DNA from: a bacterium
Lineage (GTDB): Bacteria; UBA8248; JACPRG01; G963555815
Length of the DNA stretch: 64,000 nucleotides
Assembly (NCBI GenBank): GCA_965261595.1
Contig: CBDHDG010000004.1
Location: 320,001 to 384,000, forward strand
Reading direction: 5' to 3'
This document shows positions 1 through 9,626 of this stretch, one piece after another. Numbering within the stretch: the first letter of the stretch is position 1; every line of letters starts with the position of its first letter. The notes below the pieces were generated by a model that was not told where the DNA came from, made no database searches, and saw only the letters and a program-made list of their open reading frames with translations. The position numbers and the translations under genes are program-made.

Positions 1-590
1 TCACCGAGCTGGCCGCCTGGGGGTTCTCGTGCACGGAGCACTCGGGGATCGTCCACGTCCACGAGGACTACTGCCTTCCGGAGGTCCTGGACCTGGAATC
101 CGGTGATCCCGTCGGCCCGGGCGAGGAGGGCGAGCTGGTCTTCACCAGCCTGTACCGCAAGGCCATGCCCCTGCTCCGCTACCGGACGCGGGACGTCATC
201 AAAGTGGCCGACCGGGCCTGCCCATGCGGCCGGACGCTCTTCTCCATCGAGGGGGGGGTTCTGGCGCGGCTCGACGACATGAAGAAGATCCGTGGGGTCA
301 TCGTCTACCCGAAGCGAATCGAGGAGATCGTCCGGACCTTCCCGGAGATGGACGAGTTCATGGTGCACCTCAGGAGGAAAGAGGGCCTGGACGAGATCAC
401 CGTCGAGATCGACCCTTCGCTCGAGGTCTCCAAGGAAACGTATCCGGGCCTGAAGGAGAAGATGGAGTCGGAGCTGAGACTGGGCCTCGGCATCCGCGCA
501 AGCGTGGAGATCGTCGAGTCCGGCGCCCTCCCCCGCTGGGACCACAAGGCCCGCCGCGTCAAGGACGAGCGGGAGGAAGTGCCGTTTTGA
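1..590 (+). CDS. Phenylacetate-CoA ligase family (PaaK-like) AMP-dependent ligase, 5' end outside the window
   Basis: Frame open from base 3 (TELAAWGFSC..HVHEDYCLPEVLD..GELVFTSLYRKAMPLLRYRTRD..CPCGRT..RLDDMKKIRGVIVYP), typical PaaK C-terminal motifs. Confidence 0.85.
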   Translation, partial: TELAAWGFSCTEHSGIVHVHEDYCLPEVLDLESGDPVGPGEEGELVFTSLYRKAMPLLRYRTRDVIKVADRACPCGRTLFSIEGGVLARLDDMKKIRGVIVYPKRIEEIVRTFPEMDEFMVHLRRKEGLDEITVEIDPSLEVSKETYPGLKEKMESELRLGLGIRASVEIVESGALPRWDHKARRVKDEREEVPF

Positions 591-681
591 GTCGGACAAT
601 CGATTGTCGCCCGGATCAAGGAGGAGACGCCGCCGCCGGCTTGCCTGCCGGCGCCTTCTCCGAACCATTGGAGTCATTTAA

Positions 682-1710
682 ATGAAAGCCGCAATCTTCC
701 ACGAGCACGGGGGCCCCGAAAAGCTCCTCTATGAAGACCACGAGACCCCGAAGGCCGGGCCGGGCGACGCCGTCGTCCAGGTCAGGGCCTGCGGGATGAA
801 CCACGTGGATCTCCTCCTCCTGGACGGCCGGTATCCCCCCCCCGGCGGCCTCCCCCACATCAACGGGTGCGAAGTGGTGGGGACGGTTGCCGAGGCGGCC
901 GAAGGCGTCTCGAACGTGAAGGCCGGGGACCGGGTCATTGTCTTCCCCGGCTTCTCGTGCGGAACCTGCGAGTATTGCCTGAGCGGCGAGCGGACGGTCT
1001 GTCTGAAGTACGGGTACCTGGGCGCGGCGCGCAACGGCGGCTATGCCGAGTGCGTCAAGGTCCCAGCCGCGAACTGCCTCCCGCTGGCGGAGTCCGTTTC
1101 CGACGCCGACGGCGCGGCCATCCCCCTGGCCTTTTTGACCTCGTGGCACGCCCTGATCGCCCAGGCGCGGCTTCAGCCGGGCGAGTGGGTCCTGGTTCAG
1201 GCGGGCGGCAGCGGCGTGGGCAGCTCGGCCATCCAGATCGCCAAGCTCGTCGGGGCGCACGTCATCACGACCGTCGGGACGGACGAGAAGGCGGACTTCG
1301 CCCGCGAAATCGGCGCCGACCACGTCATCAACTACAAGACTCAGGATTTTGCGAAAGAGACGCGGCGGATCACGGCCAAGCGCGGCGTGGACGTCCTGAT
1401 CGAGCACATCGGCGACGAGACGTTCGAAAAAAGCATCTACTGCCTGAACCGCCTGGGCAGGCTCGTCACCATCGGCTCCCACGCCAACCACTGGACCCGG
1501 ATCGACCTGCGGCACGTCTACATGAAAAACCTGAGAATCTTCGGGACGAACCTCGGCGCCATCACCGAGCTCAAGACGATCCTGGAATTTCTTGAAGCGG
1601 GCGCCCTCAAGGCCGTCGTGGACAAGACGTTCCCGCTCTCGGACGCCGCCGAGGCGACGCGGTATCTGCTGGACCGGAAGAACAAGGGGAAGGTGATCCT
1701 GGTTCCGTAG
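682..1710 (+). CDS. Zinc-binding alcohol dehydrogenase / quinone oxidoreductase (MDR) family protein
   Basis: CGTCEYC..C structural zinc motif, AGGSGVG NAD(P) motif, GKVIL C-terminus; GGAG RBS. Confidence 0.9.
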   Translation: MKAAIFHEHGGPEKLLYEDHETPKAGPGDAVVQVRACGMNHVDLLLLDGRYPPPGGLPHINGCEVVGTVAEAAEGVSNVKAGDRVIVFPGFSCGTCEYCLSGERTVCLKYGYLGAARNGGYAECVKVPAANCLPLAESVSDADGAAIPLAFLTSWHALIAQARLQPGEWVLVQAGGSGVGSSAIQIAKLVGAHVITTVGTDEKADFAREIGADHVINYKTQDFAKETRRITAKRGVDVLIEHIGDETFEKSIYCLNRLGRLVTIGSHANHWTRIDLRHVYMKNLRIFGTNLGAITELKTILEFLEAGALKAVVDKTFPLSDAAEATRYLLDRKNKGKVILVP

Positions 1711-1782
1711 GCGGCGGGCAGCGCCGGAGGACGATCCAACTTTGTGGTCTTGCCCGCGCGGCCGTAACGTTGGGTCTCTTCC

Positions 1783-2475
1783 TCAATCCCAATCAAGACG
1801 CGGAATGTAACCCTCATCTTCAGGAAAAGACTTTGCGGGAGACAAACCCTCCGCCCGCTTGTGCATCTGGATCGTCTTCAGGTGGACGTACGCTTCCCAG
1901 GGGTAGTGGCGGAAGGTGGACTCCAAGGTCTGGTGGAAGACGTCGGGATCCTCCTCGTCCTTCCACATCTCTCCCGGATGGGCGGGCATGACGAGGTTTT
2001 CAAGGTAATCGCGCACGCTCTCGCCCGTCGGCCAGGCCCGGTCCGGGGGCACGGTCCGGCGCAGGATCTTTTTCCGCAATGATCCCAACGTCTCCCCTTC
2101 CAGGATCTCCCGAGCCAAGGCGCAGGAATCCTCGAAGGCGGTGAAGATGTCCTCCATCGCGTGAAACTTCTTCGGGTCGAGCATCCGGTCCGCCCCCTCC
2201 GCCTCCTCCTCCCCGCCCGCTTTGAGGAGCGATGGGTCTCTCGGAAGGTTTTCGCCGAAGAGGGTCTTTCCCCAAAATCCAAGGAACAACAGATACGGTA
2301 TCCACGCCGCGTGGCTGACCTGCTCGCGAATGGACCAGCGTCCCCAGCCCTTGTCCATCCGGCGGCGGTCAAGCTGCAACTCCGTCAGACCGCGCACCTC
2401 CTGCCTGAACAATCCCGGGAGCGTGGAATACTCGGGGAACACCTCGAGGCCCGGCATGGCGAGGTCTTCACTCAT
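1783..2475 (-). CDS. DinB-like superfamily protein (putative)
   Basis: WSIREQVSH and WEAYVHL helix motifs typical of the DinB/YfiT fold; follows the LLM genes on the same strand. Confidence 0.55.
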   Translation of the reverse strand: MSEDLAMPGLEVFPEYSTLPGLFRQEVRGLTELQLDRRRMDKGWGRWSIREQVSHAAWIPYLLFLGFWGKTLFGENLPRDPSLLKAGGEEEAEGADRMLDPKKFHAMEDIFTAFEDSCALAREILEGETLGSLRKKILRRTVPPDRAWPTGESVRDYLENLVMPAHPGEMWKDEEDPDVFHQTLESTFRHYPWEAYVHLKTIQMHKRAEGLSPAKSFPEDEGYIPRLDWD

Positions 2476-2493
2476 CGATTCAAACCCTTTTAT

Positions 2494-2661
2494 TGATCCA
2501 CCGATTTCATCAATGGGGAAAATCCAGAAATGCCAAAAATCTTTTAAACCTTTTTATCCACAGATTACACAGAGGGAAACCCAAGACAAAAAAATCTGTG
2601 CGAATCTGTGTAATCTGTGGATAAAATGCCTTTTCTTTAAGCCGTTTCAATCTGTGGATCA
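2494..2661. repeat. Nested inverted-repeat (AATCTGTG-type) intergenic element
   Basis: Perfect 22-bp IR ttttatccacagattacacaga (2552-2573 / 2605-2626) inside a 12/13 IR (2494-2506 / 2649-2661); related copy at 60989-61075. Confidence 0.8.
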
Positions 2662-3696
2662 TCTCCTCCGAACACGCGGGATGACCTCTTCGGCTATCAG
2701 TCGGATCTCCGATTCCAGGTCGCCGCCGGGGGGGACCAATGCCCAAAAACCGAAGCGCCGGACGCCGATGTCCGCTATCTTCCCAATTTGCGAGGCCACG
2801 TCCTCCGGCGTCCCGGCCCAGGCGAAGGCGTCCACAAACTCCTCGGGCGCCAAGGGTCCGGCCTCGTACATGAGCTCGTAATCGCGCTTGGCGATCATCT
2901 CCTCCAGGGCGCCCGGAACCTCCAGGCCGCACCGGGTGACGAATTCCCGGTTGGGATAGCTGGACCAGAGGAGGAAGGCAATCATCTGCTTCACCCCCTC
3001 GCGGGCCTTCTCCCGGTCCGGATGGACGCACGTGTCCACGCGCGAGATGATCTCGATCTCCTCCATGCGCCGACCAGCCCGCTTCGCGCCTTCGGCCACG
3101 AGCCCAATGGCCCGATCCACGTCCTCGGCCCGGGCGAGGGTGGCGAGCATCGCGCCGTCCCCCGTCTCCCCGGCCAGGCGCAGGATCGCCCGGCCCCGCG
3201 TGGCGATGACGACGGGGATATCGGGCCGGGATTCATAGTGGAGCCGCCCGCCCTTGCAATGGACCACCTCGCCCTCGACCGTGACCGTCTCGCCGCGCCA
3301 CATCCCGCGCATGACCTCGACCGCCTCCCGGATGGCCCCCGCGGGTTTGGGACGCGCGACGCCCATCACGGGGAACCCGGCCCCGCCCGCGCCGATGCCC
3401 ATGACAACGCGCCCGCCCGAGATCTCGTCCACGGTCGAGACGGCCGCCGCCGAGATGCACGGATGGACGCTGTAGGGGTCCACCAGGGCCGCGCCGATGC
3501 CGATCCGATCGGTATGAACCGCCGTCAGCGTCATCGAGGCGATCATGTCCCACCCAAATTTTTCGTTCGAGTGCCAAAGCCGGTCGAAGCCGAGGTCTTC
3601 GGCCATCTTGATGATTCCAATCCGCCGCTCGACGGGATAAGACGAAACCGTCCGCGAGCTGAACCCCAGGTCGAAGGCTATGTCATCGCCTGCCAC
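2659..3696 (-). CDS. LLM-class (luciferase-like, Mer-like) flavin/F420-dependent oxidoreductase
   Basis: AEDLGFDRLW, DPYSVHP, VDEISGGRVVMGIGAG, GTPEDV motifs. Confidence 0.88.
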   Translation of the reverse strand: MAGDDIAFDLGFSSRTVSSYPVERRIGIIKMAEDLGFDRLWHSNEKFGWDMIASMTLTAVHTDRIGIGAALVDPYSVHPCISAAAVSTVDEISGGRVVMGIGAGGAGFPVMGVARPKPAGAIREAVEVMRGMWRGETVTVEGEVVHCKGGRLHYESRPDIPVVIATRGRAILRLAGETGDGAMLATLARAEDVDRAIGLVAEGAKRAGRRMEEIEIISRVDTCVHPDREKAREGVKQMIAFLLWSSYPNREFVTRCGLEVPGALEEMIAKRDYELMYEAGPLAPEEFVDAFAWAGTPEDVASQIGKIADIGVRRFGFWALVPPGGDLESEIRLIAEEVIPRVRRR

Positions 3697-3733
3697 AAAT
3701 CATTCTCCAAAGAAGGGCGGGCGGGTGCGGGAG

Positions 3734-4750
3734 TCAACCGACTCTCGACCCGCCCCGGAACGGCCCGATGACCGCTTCGGCGAACCACGCCATCTGCTCG
3801 CGCATCTCTTCGACCGTGTGGGAAGGGAACTGGATCGCCGTGATCTGGTCCACGCCGGCCTCATCCAGAAACGCAAGCTGCTCCAGGACGCTGGCGGGGC
3901 TTCCGATCAGGTTGTTCGTCATGGCGAGAGCGGGATCGCGTCCGGAGTGCGCCAGCGATTTCCGGTGGGCGACCATCCCCGTCCTGCCGTACCCGGCCCG
4001 GGCCTCTTCGAGGGTTTTTCCAAGAAAGAGGGTCAACTGGACCGCCGCCTCCACCTCCGACGGCTCGCGCCCGGCCTCTTCGGTGAACTTCCGGAGCAGC
4101 GCCACGCGCTCCTTGATCTCCTCGAAGGGCCGCCAGCCCGGCAGCCAGCCCTGGCCGTGCTTCGCCGCGCGTCGGATGACGTCGGTGTTGTGGCCGCCCA
4201 CGTAGATCGGAAACGGGTCTTGAACGGGCTTGGGCCGCATGGCAATGTCCCGGAACGCGATGTGCTCGCCCTCGAAGCTCGCGTCCCGCTCGGTGAAAAG
4301 GATGCGCAGCGCCGCCAGCGATTCGTCCAGCAGGTCCCCCCGCCTCGCCCGGCCCAGCCTCGGACAGTTGGCGAGGAACTCCTCCCGGTAGGCCCCGATG
4401 CCGACGGCCAGCGTCAGCCGCCCGCCCGTAAGCCGGTCCAGCGTGGCCACCTGCTTCGCCAGCAGAACGGGGTCGCGCACCGGGACCATGATCACCGCCG
4501 TTCCCAGGCGAATCGTCTTCGTATGGGCGCCGACCGTCGCCAGGGTGATAAGGACCTCGTAGAAGTTGGGCGGGTCCGGGAACTCCTTCCTGACGTAAGG
4601 GACCGGTGTGATGTGGTCGTTGCCGAAAAGACCGTCATACCCCAGCCGCTCCGCGTCCCGCGCCAGCGTCACAAACTCCTCCGGCCGGGCGAAGGGAATG
4701 GGATTGACCAGCCCTTCCGTGCAGGTGGGCAACTGGACGCTGAATTTCAT
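3734..4750 (-). CDS. LLM-class oxidoreductase, probably F420-dependent
   Basis: AERLGYDGLFGNDH, RDPVLLAKQVATLDRLTGGRLTLAVGIG, PKPVQDPFPIYVGG. Confidence 0.88.
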   Translation of the reverse strand: MKFSVQLPTCTEGLVNPIPFARPEEFVTLARDAERLGYDGLFGNDHITPVPYVRKEFPDPPNFYEVLITLATVGAHTKTIRLGTAVIMVPVRDPVLLAKQVATLDRLTGGRLTLAVGIGAYREEFLANCPRLGRARRGDLLDESLAALRILFTERDASFEGEHIAFRDIAMRPKPVQDPFPIYVGGHNTDVIRRAAKHGQGWLPGWRPFEEIKERVALLRKFTEEAGREPSEVEAAVQLTLFLGKTLEEARAGYGRTGMVAHRKSLAHSGRDPALAMTNNLIGSPASVLEQLAFLDEAGVDQITAIQFPSHTVEEMREQMAWFAEAVIGPFRGGSRVG

Positions 4751-4800
4751 TTCACAACCTCATGTCACACGCGGGTCGGATGACGGGCGATTTGAGCGCG

Positions 4801-6069
4801 TCAGGTTTTGTAGCCGTAAGCGTCGCTCAGCGCGCCCATCAGCGCCCCGAGATCCCCCCCCCCCCGCACAACGGGGACATCGCCCAGGCGCCCCTCCGTC
4901 GCCGCCGGGTCCTTGAGGCCGGTGGCCGTCAGGACGGCGACGACGGTGTCGCCCTCCCGGATCCGGCCTTCCGATCTCAGGTCCCGAATCGCCGCCAGCG
5001 CCGCCAGGGAAGAAGGCTCCGCGTAAATCCCCTCCCGCGCGCCCAACTCCGCCTGAAGCGAGAGGAGGTCTTCATTCTTCGCGGTCGAGGCCAGGCCGTC
5101 CGACGCCCTCAGCGCGTGAAGCGCCTGATAGGTGCTTTGGGCGACGTTGATGGACCCGGCCGCCGACGGCGAGGGCGGGGTCCGCGAGGGGATGGCGTCG
5201 ACGCCATCCCGCAGCGCGGCCTCCAGGGAGCCCGCCGTCTCGCCCGCGACCATCCTGGGTCGAGAGGTGATGAACCCCATGTCCGCGAACTCGCGGAACC
5301 CCTTCCAGACTCCGAAAATCGCGTCCCCGTAAGCCACTGGAAAGACACAGAACTCCGGGGCGCGCCAATCGAGCTGCTCGCAGACCTCATAGGCGATCGT
5401 CTTGTAACCGTCCACGCCATAGCAATTGCTCCCGATGGGCGGACCGAAGAAGGGCGAGGTCGGATACCACCCCAAGTCGCGGATGGCCGCCTGGAGAAGC
5501 GTCCACCGGTCCTCCTTTTTCTCGGTCGCGACGGCCATCGCGCCGTAGGATCGGATCTGCGTCACCATCGCCGACGCGGCCCCCTTCACCGTCAGGACCA
5601 CGCACGGCAGGCCCTGCCGGGCAGAATAGGCCGCCGCCGCCGCGCCCGCGTTCCCCGTCGAGCTGACCCCCACCGTCTTGGCCCCGAACCGCTCCGCCAT
5701 GCCGAGGGCCGTGACCGCCAGCCGGTCCTTGAACGACCCGGTGGGGTTGCGGGACTCGTCCTTGAGATAAAGCCCGGGAACGCCGATGCGCGCGCCCAGG
5801 CTCGGGCAATGGAGGAGGGGCGTTATCCCCTCGTCCAGCGAGGCGACATCATCCAAATCGGCGGGCAGGAACTCGTGATACCGCCACATGTTGAGGGGGC
5901 GATCGGCCAGAGTCTCTTTGCGGAAAGCGCTTCGAATGCCCGCGTAATCGTACGCGGGGGTGAGGTTCGACGGGGCCTCGGCGGCGCAGTGGGGGCAGCC
6001 GTCGAATCGGGGCGCCACCGGAAAAGAAGCGTCGCATCGGATGCATTTCAGGCCGGTCAGGAAACTCAC
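4801..6069 (-). CDS. Threonine synthase-like PLP-dependent enzyme
   Basis: N-terminal CxxC..CxxC, LKDESRNPTGSFKDR PLP-lysine motif, SSTGNAG, EPSS, TATGLKD. Confidence 0.88.
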   Translation of the reverse strand: MSFLTGLKCIRCDASFPVAPRFDGCPHCAAEAPSNLTPAYDYAGIRSAFRKETLADRPLNMWRYHEFLPADLDDVASLDEGITPLLHCPSLGARIGVPGLYLKDESRNPTGSFKDRLAVTALGMAERFGAKTVGVSSTGNAGAAAAAYSARQGLPCVVLTVKGAASAMVTQIRSYGAMAVATEKKEDRWTLLQAAIRDLGWYPTSPFFGPPIGSNCYGVDGYKTIAYEVCEQLDWRAPEFCVFPVAYGDAIFGVWKGFREFADMGFITSRPRMVAGETAGSLEAALRDGVDAIPSRTPPSPSAAGSINVAQSTYQALHALRASDGLASTAKNEDLLSLQAELGAREGIYAEPSSLAALAAIRDLRSEGRIREGDTVVAVLTATGLKDPAATEGRLGDVPVVRGGGDLGALMGALSDAYGYKT

Positions 6070-6087
6070 GATCGCGTGTCCGGGCGG

Positions 6088-7272
6088 TCAGGGTTCGAGG
6101 ATTTCGAGGTTCCGGCTCATCGCCGTCCATCGCCGGCAGCCATCCTCGGTGACGAGGACCGTATCTTCCACCTGGAGACCGCCCATGCCGAGCTCGTAGT
6201 AAGGGGCCTCGACGGCGAGGACCATGCCGGGCTCGAGCGGCGCATGGTCACCGGGCGCCAGGCGGGGGCCGTCGTACCCGCCCAGCGCCAGTCCCATTCC
6301 GTGGCCGACGTGCTGGCGGTTGTAATGGGGAATCCCACGCCGGCGGACTTCCTGGACTGTGGCGTTGAAAATCTCGTCTCCCGTCGCGCCCGGCCCGACC
6401 ATCCCCAAGGCCCGATCCTGTCCGGCGAGGAGGGCGTCGTAGTAGCCCGCGGCCTTGTCCGCGGACTTTCCCAATGAGAAGGTCCGCGCGGTGTCCGAGA
6501 GATAGCCCCGGTAGACGCAGCCCACGTCGAAGCGGATCAGGTCCCCCTTCGCAAGCTTGTCCTCGGGGAAGTTGTACATCCCCAAGGCCCCGCTCCTTCC
6601 GAAACCCACGTGGGCCATGTTGGGGCGCCCGTCCCGCTTGAGCTGACCCACCTCGAAGGCCAAGGCCATCTCTCTTTCCCCCAAGCCCTCCCTCGCCAAC
6701 AAGACCGCCTCGGTGATGGCTGCCTCGGTGATGCCGACGGCCTTCTCAAGGCGCTCGATCTCAAGGGGGGTCTTGATCATCCGAATCTCGCGGAAGACGG
6801 CCATCGCCGGCTGAAGGGCAAGGCCGGGCAATTCCCGCTCGATCTTCGGGACGAGCGCCGGGTCGAGACCCCGCTCGTCGTACCCCACCGTCCCCTTACC
6901 CAGCCCGGCCGAGGCAAGAATCGAGACGACGCCCTCCAGGAATGAGCCCACCGGCTCCAGGTCGATCCCCAGGGCCTTGATCCGCTCCTCCCGCCCGGTG
7001 AGGGCGGCCGTCTCGTCCAGCTCCCGGTAGAACGTTCCGTACGTCGCGACGCCGGCGGGGCGGACGGGGGAGTCTTCCAGGTAGTCCACCTCGCTGCGGG
7101 GGATCGCCACCCAGGGGCGATCCAGGCCTTTCAAGGGAGCGGCGGCGGCCAGGTCGCCCTGCCTCCACACGCCGGAAAGGTAGAATACGTTCGGGATGTT
7201 CGTCGCGGCCAGAAGCCCGTCCAGACCTTTTTCGGACAGGACCCTCTGAGCGCGGGGGACGTTGATGATCAC
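6088..7272 (-). CDS. M24 family Xaa-Pro peptidase-like protein
   Basis: RMIKTPLEIE, FDVGCVYRGYLSDTART, HVGHGMG, AVEAP, QVEDT: complete M24 metal-ligand set. Confidence 0.9.
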   Translation of the reverse strand: MIINVPRAQRVLSEKGLDGLLAATNIPNVFYLSGVWRQGDLAAAAPLKGLDRPWVAIPRSEVDYLEDSPVRPAGVATYGTFYRELDETAALTGREERIKALGIDLEPVGSFLEGVVSILASAGLGKGTVGYDERGLDPALVPKIERELPGLALQPAMAVFREIRMIKTPLEIERLEKAVGITEAAITEAVLLAREGLGEREMALAFEVGQLKRDGRPNMAHVGFGRSGALGMYNFPEDKLAKGDLIRFDVGCVYRGYLSDTARTFSLGKSADKAAGYYDALLAGQDRALGMVGPGATGDEIFNATVQEVRRRGIPHYNRQHVGHGMGLALGGYDGPRLAPGDHAPLEPGMVLAVEAPYYELGMGGLQVEDTVLVTEDGCRRWTAMSRNLEILEP

Positions 7273-7509
7273 GCTACGCCCACTCCGTTCCGCCTTGGAT
7301 TTTCGAAAGATTCCGACGGAGGATTATAGATGAGTTTGATTCAAATTAGCCAATCGAGAGAACATTCGGCGCCGGCGCCGGGCAGCCGGCGGTCTTCCAT
7401 GTCACAAATTCGTTTTCACCGCTTGAAAGGTTCGCACTTGTCCGGTTAAACGGCCATCAGGACGCTCCAACATCGAGGCTCAAATCGATCCCCCCCCTCC
7501 CCCGCCGGC

Positions 7510-8819
7510 TCACCTGGGAGGCCTTTCGTAAACCAACCGGTGGTATTTCCACTCCCCCCAATTTTTCTCGTGCTTTTTGTAAACGTCTTGGGCCTCTTCA
7601 TGGCTCAGGAGAAATGTTCGTGCATCTTCATGGCTCAGGAGAAATGTTCGTGCATCCCACAGCTCCGGAAACACCCTTTTGGCCAATGTCTTTTGCAGAT
7701 AGGGAATTCCGGATCCCTCTTCTCCGTGAGTTGAAATCCGGCCTCCACCGAGCACCCGAGCGACCATCGCGATATGCCGGTCACGAAAGTTCGAAAAGGC
7801 TTGGTCCAGTACAAGCAAGGCCTCAATGAGTGAAGCGGGCCAGGCCAATAGGGGTTGATCGGAAAATTGCAAAGTAAAAACGATTGCGCATCGGTATCGC
7901 TTCCGGAAGTACAAGTCAATTTTGCGACTCGCTTCGGCCTTCAGCCTTTTCCCATGATCCCCATGTACCTTTCCCAGCCCGCCCAGTTTCTTCAAATCAT
8001 TGGAATAGGCTTTGAGATAGATCTCCTGAAATCTCGCCGAGAAGAGGAGACTATGGCTTTTACGCGGCGGCGTCTTTCCTCCCGGGGATGGAAAAACCGC
8101 ACGATCCAGCCACTCAACGACTGTCGAACGAAGCGTTCCATTTTGGTCCAGGTCTCTGAGACGATTTTTCAAGGCATGGTTCCTGGACTTCAATTCGGGC
8201 GGCAGGATGTCAAGATTTTCAATCATATTCTTGCATGTCTTTCGATAATCCAGTAGAGACTGAAATTCCTGCTCATCACGAGTCGGGTAAACAACCTCAT
8301 TTCGTGTCCGTGATCCTTCCTTATCGTTTTTGGGAGCCTTTCCCCTCGGCAGTCTTTTCTTCTCTTCCATCAACCCTTTTTCGAACTCAACTTTCCCTGA
8401 TACATATTTCTCCAGTTTCGGATCCCGGAAACCATCAACCATTCGACTTCCAGAAATCTGTAGGAATCCCTCCCGCTGCCCCCGAATAATTGACTCCTAA
8501 AATCATAAAAGCTCGTGGTTTGCAGGGTTTCCAATAATGGAAGATGGTCCCGAACCAGATTGAAGATTTCCGCCGCGCGTCGCACATGCTGTTCGATCGG
8601 TGGAATGTCATGTTCGGGAACATAATCAGACGAAAGTAATGTGCGCGCGAACTCCAGCTCGTCCAGGATTTGTGCAAACCAGATTTCAAAGGCCTGATGC
8701 GTGCGAATGAAGAACTTCTCGTCGGGATCTTTTTTCCTTCTCCCCTTTGGCTTCACAAGGGGAAGCCGGTCAGGGAAAATATAACCATCATAAGTGTTGG
8801 GCTTATTTTTAGAAGCCAT
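7510..8819 (-). CDS. Tryptophan 2,3-dioxygenase family protein (long form), split by a 1-nt frameshift near 8432
   Basis: N part 8370-8819: DEKFFIRTHQAFEIWFAQIL, LLETL..FYDFRSQL; C part 7510-8442: FRDRHIAMVARVLG..SGIPYL..VFPELW. Adding one G (ATG-G[G]T-TTC) joins them as WLM-GFRD. Confidence 0.85.
7595..7656. repeat. 30-bp perfect tandem duplication inside the TDO 3' end
   Basis: tcttcatggctcaggagaaatgttcgtgca x2, encoding DARTFLLSHE twice on the - strand. Confidence 0.95.
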
Positions 8820-8822
8820 TTC

Positions 8823-8844
8823 TCTTTCCTTCAGTAAGGAAAGA
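8823..8844 (-). promoter_or_regulatory. Hairpin sequestering the RBS of the TDO gene
   Basis: Perfect 9-bp stem TCTTTCCTT-ACTG-AAGGAAAGA on the - strand, ending 3 nt before the ATG at 8819. Confidence 0.5.
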
Positions 8845-9084
8845 CATGCTTGAGCCCAAGCGATGAGCCGTCTTCAGGATCCCCGCAAGACGGCAAACCC
8901 TCCCAGGCGACGCAGAGCCAAAGTTGGAGGCACGTCCTACATTCGACGCTTCCCTTCGGGGCGCCGTCTCCCAATTCTTCCGGATTGTCCGCTACAATCA
9001 CCCCCTCGCCGATTTGAACCTTATCGGATAGAATAAGCTTAGGGGAGTGTCGAGAAACCTGGCTTGGGGGAAGGAGCGAAAAGA

Positions 9085-9528
9085 ATGAGCCCGACTTTTG
9101 ACCATGTCGGCTTGGCGACGCTGGATCTAGAGCAATCCATCGCGTTTTACCGAGACGTGATGGGCTTCGATTTTTCCAGCCGAAAGCGCCTGAGCGACGG
9201 CCGCGAACAGGCCGTTTTCCTGATCGGAGAGGGGATCCTCGTTCTGTTCCAAAGCCCCTCGGGGAATTACGTGGAAAAGGCCCGGCACGTGCGGTCGGGA
9301 ATGCACCACCTCGCCTTTGCCCTGGAACCGGAGGCATACGACGGGGTGATCGAGCGGTGCGAGACCGCCGGGGTCGCGCTGATGCGTCAGGCGATCAACT
9401 CAGGCGCGCGGGGAAAGGGTCTGGCCACTTACTTTTACGACCCCGACGGGAATGATATCGAGATCAAGAAGTACGACGGGATCCCCGAGGAGTACGAGGG
9501 TTTCACGGCCAAGGGCTACCACCTCTGA
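9085..9528 (+). CDS. VOC (glyoxalase) family protein
   Basis: FDHVGLAT.DLEQSIAFY, HHLAF, YFYDPDGNDIEI; AAGGAG RBS before ATG 9085. Confidence 0.9.
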   Translation: MSPTFDHVGLATLDLEQSIAFYRDVMGFDFSSRKRLSDGREQAVFLIGEGILVLFQSPSGNYVEKARHVRSGMHHLAFALEPEAYDGVIERCETAGVALMRQAINSGARGKGLATYFYDPDGNDIEIKKYDGIPEEYEGFTAKGYHL

Positions 9529-9626
9529 GAGGCCAAAACGCGCGCGCGACCTCCGGCCATCCGAAACGGTTGATCCGTCGAGCCCGTTCATGAAAATCGC
9601 GACAGCGCCCTGAACGAGAGTGAGAC

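Noticed and set aside
2552..2626. Replication origin suggested by two DnaA boxes
   Set aside because: Only two boxes, both part of a dispersed repeat inside a catabolic gene run; no dnaA/dnaN context.
4762..6477. Long antisense and alternate-frame ORFs (also 21200-22579, 22828-24288, 46954-48363, 48308-49756 and others)
   Set aside because: Shadows of recognisable genes, expected at high GC; Arg/Pro/Gly-rich with no motifs.
7595..7656. CRISPR array
   Set aside because: Two adjacent 30-bp copies with no spacer, inside a coding region; no cas genes in the window.
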